Assembly (NCBI GenBank): GCA_050115495.1
Contig: JASFQK010000010.1
Coordinates: 96,360 to 160,359, forward strand
DNA length: 64,000 nt
Direction of reading: 5' to 3'
Source of the DNA: Phycisphaerae bacterium
GTDB lineage: Bacteria; Planctomycetota; Phycisphaerae; UBA1845; Fen-1342
The notes under the pieces are model-generated. The model worked only from the letters and a program-made list of their open reading frames with translations. It ran no database searches and was not told the DNA's origin. Both the position numbers and the translations under genes were made by a program. The first letter of the stretch is position 1. Each line of letters starts with the position of its first letter. Of the stretch, positions 55,929-64,000 are shown in pieces.

Positions 55929-56924
55929 ATGAGCCCACTGAAGCTCGACGAGTTCTGGGAGTACTACGCCGATCAGGAGCTGCTGGACTTCAAGCGCGAT
56001 CCGGCGACCAGTGCTTACAGCGGCACTTGCCGCAACACGGGTACGGGATCAGGCCCGATGGCGGAGGAGGAGATCAGCTTCGCCTTCGATCGGGCCGCGC
56101 TCCTGCGTTACGGCTACGAGCGGGACCGGATGTTCGGGCTCGGCATCTTTGACGAGTTGTCCGAGGCCCTGGCCATGCTCGTGGCGATGCCGTTGATGAA
56201 GGAGGAGTCGATCCCCAATCGCGACCAGCTCGAGCTGGTCTTCCAACTGCTGGGCCTGACGCCGCCGGAATGGGACGTCGAGTATTCGGCGGTCCACGCC
56301 CAGGCTCTGGCGGAGCTGGGCAGAGCGAAGATTTCGCGAGAGAAGGCCGTCGCCCTGATGGACGAGCTCAAGCCGGACGGCGACGACTACGAGGCCTACG
56401 AAGGCACGGGCATGGTCGCCCTGCTCCACGCCGAGCGCGAGCTGCTGCTGAAGGCGTACGCGTTTTGCACGACCGATTCACAGATCACCCGCCAGATTGC
56501 GGCGGTGATCGAGAATCACGAGCGCGAAGACACCATGACCGTGCAGGCCGCGATTTGGGCGCTGGGCCGGCACGACGACAAGGCGGCGATCGACAGCCTG
56601 ATCGCTTTGCTGAATCGCGGTGATTTCCAGTTCCACTGCGCGACCATACAGGAAACGCTGCAGTTCCTGTGCTCGGGCCGCGAGCTGATCCCGATCGCGG
56701 ACGAACAGGAATGGAAGCACTGGAGCGATCGGAAGCAGCAACTGCCCACAAGCCCGGCGGCCTGGACCCAGCACGACGCGACCAGCGTTTTCTGGGAGAA
56801 GCGGCTGCGCGTCGCGCGGCAGTGGTCAGCAGATCGTGCCGAAGGCCAGCTCGCGCAGTTGAAGATGGACGAGGTGCTCCCCGTCCGCCTGGCAGCCGGC
56901 GGACCAGAACAACTGGACGCGTAG
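55929..56924 (+). CDS. HEAT-like helical protein, candidate immunity protein
   Basis: Directly follows the effector; acidic; AAIWALGR..AIDSLIALL motif; no signal peptide seen. Confidence 0.65.
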   Translation: MSPLKLDEFWEYYADQELLDFKRDPATSAYSGTCRNTGTGSGPMAEEEISFAFDRAALLRYGYERDRMFGLGIFDELSEALAMLVAMPLMKEESIPNRDQLELVFQLLGLTPPEWDVEYSAVHAQALAELGRAKISREKAVALMDELKPDGDDYEAYEGTGMVALLHAERELLLKAYAFCTTDSQITRQIAAVIENHEREDTMTVQAAIWALGRHDDKAAIDSLIALLNRGDFQFHCATIQETLQFLCSGRELIPIADEQEWKHWSDRKQQLPTSPAAWTQHDATSVFWEKRLRVARQWSADRAEGQLAQLKMDEVLPVRLAAGGPEQLDA

Positions 56925-57057
56925 GCGCGAACGGGCGGCACCGCAACGGGCTTGAAGCGTGGACGCGGCCGGCGCGTTTGCTGCTATGCCTGTCGCACGG
57001 GAAGCAGATCCATCGCGTCGCGGCTTTCGGTGTCGACTATCATGGCTGCGGCCTCCG

Positions 57058-59571
57058 TCAGTTGCTGGCATGTTCCGTCGCACGGTGCGGATGCAGCGTG
57101 GTCTGCAAACGCTGCAGAAAGGTCCGATGCCGTGTTCCGCCGAGATCGAGGTGGCGGAACACCTGGAGCTTCACCCAGTCGTTGATGAGGAACCAGGCTA
57201 GGCAGTACAGCCAGACGAAGCCGATGTACGACCAGGGGATGGCGGCGACGAGGAAGCCGAAGCCGACGATCAGCGCCGCGATGATCTGTGTACCGAGGAC
57301 GGCGGAAAGCAGCAGGCGAGCGGGGTACGGTCGCGTCCAGAACGGGCGCTCGGTCCGCACCACGAACAGGGTTAGGTGGCCGGCTACGGCCAGCTTCAGG
57401 TAGATGAACGACTGCAACTGGGCCGCATCGAGCGCGAACCACAGCTTGCCGATGAGCAGCAGGGCGAAGCTCTGCACGACACCCACCAGCCCCAGAATCG
57501 TGGACACGGTTAGCACGCGCCGCATGCTCCAGCGCACCGGCCGGGGATCGAGGCGAGTGTTGTCGTAGGCGATGGTCAGGATGGGCAGATCGTTGAGCAG
57601 GGCCAGCAGGATGATCATCACTGTGGTGATCGGGTAGAGGTTGAACGTGATCATGGCCAGCACGACGAAGAACATGATGCGGATGGTCTCGGTGATGCGG
57701 TACGTCGCGTAGCTGGTCATGCGCTCGAAGATGCGACGGGCCTCTTCGATGGCCTTGATGATCACGTTCAGGCCCGGGGCGGTGAGCACGAGCGAGGCGG
57801 CGGCCTGGGCGGCGTTGGTCGCTCCGGCCACGGCGATGCCCACGTCGGCCTGCTTGAGTGCCGGAGCGTCGTTGACGCCGTCGCCGGTCATGCCGACCAG
57901 GTGGCCGCGGCGCTGCAGGGCACGCACGATCTCGTACTTGTGCTCGGGGTAGACTTGCGCGAAGCCGTCGGCCTGCTCGACGCGCTCGTCGAGACGCGGC
58001 GAGGCCTGTCGTTCGTCGTGCTCGCCGAAGATCTCATCCGCGCGCAGGACGTTGGGCTTGAGTCCGAGCTGGCGGGACGTCTCGCGGGCGATCGCCAGGT
58101 TGTCGCCGGTAACCATCTTGACGGCGATGCCGTGCTCGCCGGCATCCCGGATCACGTCCGCCGAGTCTTCGCGTGGCGGATCGTACAGCGGGAGGATGCC
58201 CAGCAGGTGCCAGGCGGCGCCATCCTGTCGGCGGGCGACGCCAAGGGTGCGGAAGCCGCGCGTGGCAAACTCGTCCACGCGGGCCTCTGCCTCGCGTCGC
58301 GCGTCGCCGGTGGCGTTGCAGAGGTCGAGGATCACCTGTGGGGCGCCCTTGGCCACCGCGAACGTCCGTCCGTCGGCGGCGCGGATGGTGGCGTCCGTAC
58401 GCTTTCGCTTGGCGTCGAAGGGCGTGAAGCGGAGCTGCTCGTAGTCATGCAGCACCTGCCGATCTGTCAGACCGCCGATGATTGCATCGTCGATCGCGTC
58501 CCGGTTCTCCGTCTTCGACGCCAGGGCGGCGGCCCGCAGCAGGTCCTGTTCGTCCTCGGCCTCCAGCACGACCGGCTCGCCGAGCGAGAGCTTGTTGGCC
58601 GTCAACGTGCCGGTCTTGTCGGAGCAAAGCACGTCAATGCCGGCGATTTCCTCGATCGACTGAAGCCGGGTGACGATCGCTTTCATCCGTGACAGGGCCA
58701 CGGCGCCCAGGGCCATCGTGACGGAAAGCACCGCCGGCATGGCTACCGGGATAGCGGCGACGACGAGAATCAGAACGAATTGGAACACCGACAGGAACGA
58801 ATCGCCCCGCAGCAGTTGGGTCAGCACGAGCACGGCGGCCAGGCCGAGGCTGACGTAGATCAGGTAGTCGCCGATGGCCAGCACCGCCTTCTGAAAGTGC
58901 GAGACGGCTCCGGCTTTCTCGACCAGTTTCGCGGTCTTGGCGAACTTCGTGTTGCCGCCGGTTGCGGTGACGAGGGCGACCATCTCGCCCTGTTTCGCCA
59001 CGGAGCCGGAATAGGCGACGTCGCCGGTCTGCTTGTCGACCGGTAGCGACTCGCCGGTCAGTGCCGACTGGTCGACGCTCAGGTACTCCCCGTCGACCAG
59101 CTTGATGTCGGCTGGGATGATATCGCCGGGGCGGACGCGGATGGCATCGCCCGGGACGAGCTCCCGTGCGGCGAGCTGCTGCCACTGGCCGTCGCGCAGC
59201 ACGCGGGCGGTGAGCGCCAGGCTCTTCTTCAGGGCGGCCAATGCGTTGGAGGCCTGAAATTCCTGCCAGAAGCCCACGACTGCGTTGAAGGCCAGCATGA
59301 CGAGGATGATGACGAGGTCGACCCAATGCCGCACGACGAGCGACAGGGCGGCGGCGATCTCGATCATCCAGGGAATGGGGCCCCAGAAGTAGCCGAGGAA
59401 CTTGAGCAGCGGGTTCTCTCGCTGCTCGGCCAGCTCGTTGGGCCCGACTTGCTCGAGCCGCCGGCGGGCTTCTTCACTGGTCAGGCCGCGGGGCGAGCCG
59501 TCGGTGTTGCCCGGGAACGCCGGTGGGGTCTGGCGGCGGGCGTGTTCTGGTGGAGTGTGCAAGGTTGTCAT
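57058..59571 (-). CDS. Plasma-membrane proton-efflux P-type ATPase (P3A)
   Basis: FWGPIPWMIE, DQSALTGES, IPVAMPAVLSVTMA.GA, CSDKTGTLT, KGAPQ, TGDN, MTGDGVNDAP, LLND. Confidence 0.95.
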   Translation of the reverse strand: MTTLHTPPEHARRQTPPAFPGNTDGSPRGLTSEEARRRLEQVGPNELAEQRENPLLKFLGYFWGPIPWMIEIAAALSLVVRHWVDLVIILVMLAFNAVVGFWQEFQASNALAALKKSLALTARVLRDGQWQQLAARELVPGDAIRVRPGDIIPADIKLVDGEYLSVDQSALTGESLPVDKQTGDVAYSGSVAKQGEMVALVTATGGNTKFAKTAKLVEKAGAVSHFQKAVLAIGDYLIYVSLGLAAVLVLTQLLRGDSFLSVFQFVLILVVAAIPVAMPAVLSVTMALGAVALSRMKAIVTRLQSIEEIAGIDVLCSDKTGTLTANKLSLGEPVVLEAEDEQDLLRAAALASKTENRDAIDDAIIGGLTDRQVLHDYEQLRFTPFDAKRKRTDATIRAADGRTFAVAKGAPQVILDLCNATGDARREAEARVDEFATRGFRTLGVARRQDGAAWHLLGILPLYDPPREDSADVIRDAGEHGIAVKMVTGDNLAIARETSRQLGLKPNVLRADEIFGEHDERQASPRLDERVEQADGFAQVYPEHKYEIVRALQRRGHLVGMTGDGVNDAPALKQADVGIAVAGATNAAQAAASLVLTAPGLNVIIKAIEEARRIFERMTSYATYRITETIRIMFFVVLAMITFNLYPITTVMIILLALLNDLPILTIAYDNTRLDPRPVRWSMRRVLTVSTILGLVGVVQSFALLLIGKLWFALDAAQLQSFIYLKLAVAGHLTLFVVRTERPFWTRPYPARLLLSAVLGTQIIAALIVGFGFLVAAIPWSYIGFVWLYCLAWFLINDWVKLQVFRHLDLGGTRHRTFLQRLQTTLHPHRATEHASN

Positions 59572-59645
59572 GGGATTGCTCCGTTCTTCGCTCGCGCCGC
59601 GCTCGTCCGTGACGAGGCACGCCTGCGGCGGGGGTCGATGTGCCG

Positions 59646-60182
59646 TCAGACCTGGCGTTTCTTCAGCTTCGCCAGCGCCTCCTCGGCACTGAAAGGTACG
59701 GCGAGTTCCGGCTCGTAGTGCTCCAGCGTCTTCAGCACGGGGTCGACGATGTCGGCGAGGTCATCGTGGTTGAACGCACGCAGGATGTGGTGGGCGCCCT
59801 CGCGGAGCTCAATCGAGCCGGCGCGGGCCATGAGGGCTTCGAATAGCGGCGCCAGTGCGGATTTGCGCAGGCCGATCAGCGCTTCGGCAGCCAGCCAGCG
59901 CACATCACTGTCTTCATCGTCCAGCGCCTTGACGAGCGCCGGGGCCGCCTCGGGGGCGTGCAGCGCGGTGAAGACCTTAGCCGCCTCCCAGCGGATCACG
60001 TTTCGATCGGCTGACAGGGCCGCCGTGAGCGGGCCGATGGCCGGTGTGCCCAGGCGGGCGAGGGCCGCGCGGGCGTGCTGGCGCTCCATTCCGTTGCGAC
60101 TCCCGAGCTGCGCGATCAGTTCCGCAGTGTTACCCCGAGCAGGGGTGCCGCGACGTTGCTTGTTGTTCTTGGTTGTTTGCAT
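59646..60182 (-). CDS. HEAT-repeat protein
   Basis: RWEAAK..APALVKALDDEDSDVRWLAAEAL; ggagg RBS. Confidence 0.85.
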   Translation of the reverse strand: MQTTKNNKQRRGTPARGNTAELIAQLGSRNGMERQHARAALARLGTPAIGPLTAALSADRNVIRWEAAKVFTALHAPEAAPALVKALDDEDSDVRWLAAEALIGLRKSALAPLFEALMARAGSIELREGAHHILRAFNHDDLADIVDPVLKTLEHYEPELAVPFSAEEALAKLKKRQV

Positions 60183-60265
60183 GATGACAGCCTCCAGGTG
60201 AAAGGGAGCACGGAGCGGCCGGCTCGCCAACCCGACGGCCGCCGCTCCGTGACAGGCTCCCTCGA

Positions 60266-61612
60266 CTACTGCGCCATGGCGATGACGGCGTCACGAAGCG
60301 CCATGACCTGTTCTTCCAGGGATTCGATGCGCGAGGCCACGTTCTTCTCGTTGTCGGCCTTGCCGGCGATCAGCGCGTCGGACAGGCTGCGGGCGTCACG
60401 CAGACGATCCTGGGCGGCCCGGACGTTCAACTGGTCCGCCCAGACGTGGCCGCGATCCAGATAGTTGGCGGCCCATTTGAGGTCGTATCCGGTCAACGTC
60501 GGCAGATCGGCCGCCCAATCGGCCTCGGCCATCTCACAGTGGTGCCGGGCAAGCGCGTAGCAGGCGTTCGCGATCGTGTGATCGAATTGCAGCCGGGGCA
60601 ATCCAAGGTTGGCGTGCGCCGGGTTGTGTTCAGCGAGCAGGGCCTCCAGGTCGTCGATGGAGCTCATCAGGGTGGCCCGGTCGTCGCCGGTGGCGCGGCC
60701 CGCCTGCAGCTCCAGGTCGAATATGGCCCGATGGATCTCGATCGCAGCCTGCTCGGGCCGTCGCTGCAGGTAGGCTTCGTACACGTTGTGCAGGTGTCGC
60801 CCGGCGCTGTCCGGCAGGTCGGTCCAGATGTCCTCGTCCACGAGCAGCCAGCCGGGCTCAATCACCGGAGCGACCGCGACGGCCGGTTCATCGATCGTGA
60901 GACCGGGATCGCTGGGGAGGTTGTTTATCCGCTTCTCCAGCGCGCCGATCGCGGTGTGCACCGCCTCGAGTGTCGTCGTCACTTCGTAGCTCTTCGACTC
61001 ACCGGCCGCCAGTTCGTCGGCGAGCGCATCCGCGTCCGCCAGGGCGTTGAAGCCGGCCTGGCCGAGGTCGGCGTCTGCCCAACTGCAGCCACTTCTGAGG
61101 TTGAAGACGGCCGCCTCCAGGTTCAGGCCCGCCCGGTAGGCCTGCTTGTCGTTCCAGGACGCCTGGGCCATGAAGTAGTCGTGCTCTGCCAGCGCGCAGT
61201 GTGCGCGGGCGAACTCGCGGTCCAACTGCGCGGCGGACTTCACGTCGCGCTTCTCCACCTGACGAGCCAGGCCGGAAAGACGATAGGCCGCGCCATAGAG
61301 CGGTTCGGGACGTTCGGAGGACGGCAGGCGGCGAGTCTGCAGCCGGAGGAACGCTGAGGCCTGGCGCAGGTCAATCGCGGCTAGGTCGTAGTCCTTGTTC
61401 AGGTACTCTTCGTGGGCGCGGTGGAAGTACGTGCCCGGCTCATGCGCCAGCGGGACCCAGAAGTTCTCTTCCAGGACGATCCAGCCCTCGGGCGCGTCCG
61501 GTGGCGTCTTCATGGCCTTGGCGTCGTTCTTGTCGCCCGCCAAGGCGGACACGGCGAGTGCCATCGCAATTGTGAACAGTGCTGCGAGTGTCTGTCCCTT
61601 GTTCATGTCCAT
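60266..61612 (-). CDS. Secreted helical protein made of two homologous halves
   Basis: Signal peptide; GWIVLEENFW..AAIDL vs GWLLVDEDIW..AAIEI; AH.ALAEH vs A.YALARH. Confidence 0.8.
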   Translation of the reverse strand: MDMNKGQTLAALFTIAMALAVSALAGDKNDAKAMKTPPDAPEGWIVLEENFWVPLAHEPGTYFHRAHEEYLNKDYDLAAIDLRQASAFLRLQTRRLPSSERPEPLYGAAYRLSGLARQVEKRDVKSAAQLDREFARAHCALAEHDYFMAQASWNDKQAYRAGLNLEAAVFNLRSGCSWADADLGQAGFNALADADALADELAAGESKSYEVTTTLEAVHTAIGALEKRINNLPSDPGLTIDEPAVAVAPVIEPGWLLVDEDIWTDLPDSAGRHLHNVYEAYLQRRPEQAAIEIHRAIFDLELQAGRATGDDRATLMSSIDDLEALLAEHNPAHANLGLPRLQFDHTIANACYALARHHCEMAEADWAADLPTLTGYDLKWAANYLDRGHVWADQLNVRAAQDRLRDARSLSDALIAGKADNEKNVASRIESLEEQVMALRDAVIAMAQ

Positions 61613-61689
61613 CTCCTTCTGTTTGTCACACGGGTTGCTTGTGTCGGGTCATTTCAATCGTCGTAGTACGTGGGCCTCGTGCCGATGCG

Positions 61690-63189
61690 TCAGTTGGCGT
61701 TGCTCTGCAGCACGACGAAGCGACGCATGTTGCCGATCTGCACGGCGAGGCGCACGCCCGACTTGAGGCTGTGCTTCTGGAGCTCGCGCTGGAACTCGGT
61801 CACGTTGCCGACCGGTACGCCCTGGACATCGACGATGAGATTGCCGGGCTGAATGCCGGCCATGTAGGCGAGCCCGTTCGGGTCGACCTCGGTCACGACG
61901 ACGCCGCGCGTCTCTGCATCCAGTCCCAGCGACTGCATCTCAGACAGGGTCAGATTGGTGACGGTCAGGCCCGACTCGTTCGACATGTCGCGTTCCGCGT
62001 TGGCGGCGACCTGTGCGTCGCGCTGCGCCACCAGGAGCTGCACCGTCTCCGGTCGGCCGTTGCGAATCACTTCGACCACAACCTTGGTGCCCGGCTCGGT
62101 GGCGGCGGCGACGTTGCGCAGTTGCTGCATGTCGTGGATCTTCGTGTCGCCGAATTTCACGACGATGTCGCCGGCTTTCAGACCGGCCGCTTCGGCCGGG
62201 CCGTTCGGCATGACGTTGCCGATGAGGGCTCCTTCGGTCGAGTCGTACCCGAGCGACTTGGCGAGCGTCTCGTCGAGCGGCTGGATCGCCACGCCCATCC
62301 AGCCGCGCACCACGCGGCCGTTGTGGATCAGGCTGTTCATGATGGACTTGGCCATGTTGACGGGGATGGCGAAGCCGATGCCGTCGTTTCCGCCGTCGCG
62401 GGTCGCGATGGCCGTGTTGATGCCGACGACGCGGCCGTGCAGGTCGATCAACGGGCCGCCGCTGTTGCCCGGGTTGATGGCCGCATCCGTCTGGATGAAG
62501 TCCTCATACTCGGTGATGCGGACGTTGGAGCGCCCCTTGGCGCTGACGATGCCCGCCGTCACGGTGTCGCGCAGGCCGAACGGGTTGCCGGCGGCAACGA
62601 CCCATTCGCCGATGTGCAGGTTGTCCGAGTCGCCCAGCGTCGCGGCCGGCAGGTCCTTTTGATTCACCTGCACGACGGCCAGGTCGCTCATGGGGTCCGT
62701 GCCGACGACTTTGGCCGGCGTCTCGTGACCGCTGGCCAGCGTGACGGTCACCTCGTCCGCGCCCGCGACGACGTGGTTGTTGGTGAGGATGTAGCCGTCG
62801 TTGCTGACGATCACGCCGCTGCCCACACCCTGCTGGGGCGGCACCTCGCGCGGCACGCGTTCGCCGAAGAACCGCCGGAGGAACTCATCGTTGAACGGGA
62901 GTCCCTCGGACATGCCCGGTCCGCGGTTGAGCCCTTCCATCTGCTGCGCCGGCTTGAAGTGCTTGACGGCCTTGATGGTCACGACCGACGGCCGGATCGT
63001 GTCCGCCGCGCGTTCGAAGGCGACCGAGAGCGCATCAGCGTAGTGAATGGCCTCGTTCGCCGAAACCTGGTGCTCGGCCGCACCGGCCCAGGCGGGCCTG
63101 GATACCCAGACACAGATGGCGAGCACGAGCCCGGCCACACCAACCATGGCCCAACGGCTCATCTTGAATCTGCACGTTTGCGCGTTCAT
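61690..63189 (-). CDS. HtrA/DegP (Do) serine endoprotease with two PDZ domains
   Basis: GSGVIV, TNNHVV, DLAV, IQTDAAINPGNSGGPL, two PDZ domains; aaggag RBS before ATG 63189. Confidence 0.95.
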   Translation of the reverse strand: MNAQTCRFKMSRWAMVGVAGLVLAICVWVSRPAWAGAAEHQVSANEAIHYADALSVAFERAADTIRPSVVTIKAVKHFKPAQQMEGLNRGPGMSEGLPFNDEFLRRFFGERVPREVPPQQGVGSGVIVSNDGYILTNNHVVAGADEVTVTLASGHETPAKVVGTDPMSDLAVVQVNQKDLPAATLGDSDNLHIGEWVVAAGNPFGLRDTVTAGIVSAKGRSNVRITEYEDFIQTDAAINPGNSGGPLIDLHGRVVGINTAIATRDGGNDGIGFAIPVNMAKSIMNSLIHNGRVVRGWMGVAIQPLDETLAKSLGYDSTEGALIGNVMPNGPAEAAGLKAGDIVVKFGDTKIHDMQQLRNVAAATEPGTKVVVEVIRNGRPETVQLLVAQRDAQVAANAERDMSNESGLTVTNLTLSEMQSLGLDAETRGVVVTEVDPNGLAYMAGIQPGNLIVDVQGVPVGNVTEFQRELQKHSLKSGVRLAVQIGNMRRFVVLQSNAN

Positions 63190-63219
63190 GTGAAGTCTCC
63201 TTTGCATCATGTTGTTTGA

Positions 63220-63657
63220 TCAGGAATCCGAGTCTTCATCGGGACATGGTCGGCCGAGCCAGTCGCAGATCATGCCGGCCGTGGAGTCGTCGTTTTCGGG
63301 AAGCACCGTCCACTTGCCGCGTGCCGTGCGGCGCAGGATCAGCCGCCGGTGGCAGTTCGGGCAGCGGGCCCGACTGGAGCGGCGGCCGTGCCAGCGGAAC
63401 CGGGCCTGGCAGTGCACGCAGCGGAGGACCACCGCGGGTAGGGCGTCGGCGGAAGTGGGACGGCGCGGCGCTCGGTCGCGCCGGCCGCCACCACTTCCGT
63501 CCGCCGAGGTGCCCAGTGGGGCACTGTCACGATGGGTCTCGGGACGTTGGCGTGAATCGGACAACGGTCGCGTATCGTCAGGCATTTGACCGGTCGGTTC
63601 CGTGTCCCGATCGCTCGCATTGCAGTAGGCCAGGATGAGTGGTTTGTTCATGAGCAT
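63220..63657 (-). CDS. Hypothetical protein with a CxxC...CxxC zinc ribbon
   Basis: CVHC..CPNC; gaggag RBS before ATG 63657. Confidence 0.5.
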   Translation of the reverse strand: MLMNKPLILAYCNASDRDTEPTGQMPDDTRPLSDSRQRPETHRDSAPLGTSADGSGGGRRDRAPRRPTSADALPAVVLRCVHCQARFRWHGRRSSRARCPNCHRRLILRRTARGKWTVLPENDDSTAGMICDWLGRPCPDEDSDS

Positions 63658-63909
63658 CTTGCGGCTCCTCATTGCCGCGTCTCTATGAGGAGAATACGTG
63701 TGGCGCGTGAGACGCTACTGAAATGGAGCTAAGGGTTTCCTCAGGTCGCCAACATCCGCGTGATCAGGTGGCGACGACGAGGTTAGTGTGGTGCCGGAAG
63801 GGGATTAGGCGGTGGGTTCAGGTCGTGAATGCCGGTACGGTAGGCCGATGTGATGATGGCCCCGGGTAGATGCGCGGAGCTATAACCGAATTTCGTTGAT
63901 GGCGGGATG

Positions 63910-63979
63910 AAAAAAGGCGGCGTACTCTCGGGATCAAGATTGGTTCCGAGCCGCCCACGCTGGGCAGAGGAGTACGCCG
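63910..63979 (-). ncRNA. Candidate three-way-junction RNA ending in a U-tract
   Basis: 10-bp closing stem cggcgtactc/gagtacgccg with two internal hairpins; A6 at 63910-63915 reads as U6 on the minus strand. Confidence 0.45.
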
Positions 63980-64000
63980 ATGCACGAGAGTAACGACGCG

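Noticed and set aside
50650..56924. Complete T6SS or prophage tail locus
   Set aside because: Only vgrG and putative cargo are present, with no sheath, tube, baseplate, membrane complex or capsid genes.

Overview
GC-rich bacterial chromosome segment, most likely Phycisphaerae (Planctomycetota). That assignment is an inference from DUF1570, dockerin-like C-terminal domains, the CxxCGYxLxG..CPECG membrane protein and Tat-exported Gfo/Idh/MocA and TIM-barrel proteins. About 1-44.5 kb is mostly housekeeping and envelope genes: SSS transporter, MazG, ACT pair, nucleotide-sugar dehydrogenase, two GT-C glycosyltransferases, dut, peroxiredoxin, phhA, orphan atpC, RlmI-like methyltransferase, racemase, lipoate ligase, KamA-like, GroES, larB and nnrD. 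It is interrupted by a repeat-flanked regulatory/HEPN-like islet (6.8-9.3 kb) and four large secreted proteins with dockerin-like tails. A tRNA-fMet (44909-44981) is followed by an accessory region. It holds a PD-(D/E)xK-like nuclease, a lower-GC metallophosphoesterase/radical SAM fusion, and an orphan vgrG cassette whose candidate effector is a permuted NlpC/P60 enzyme split by a duplicated Cys-rich insert. It ends with a P3A H+-ATPase/DegP block. The best candidates for undescribed biology are the phosphoesterase-radical SAM fusion, the vgrG effector, the 6.8-9.3 kb islet with a promoter-driven structured RNA, and a possible FmdB selenoprotein. All family calls come from motif recognition only; no searches or folding programs were run.
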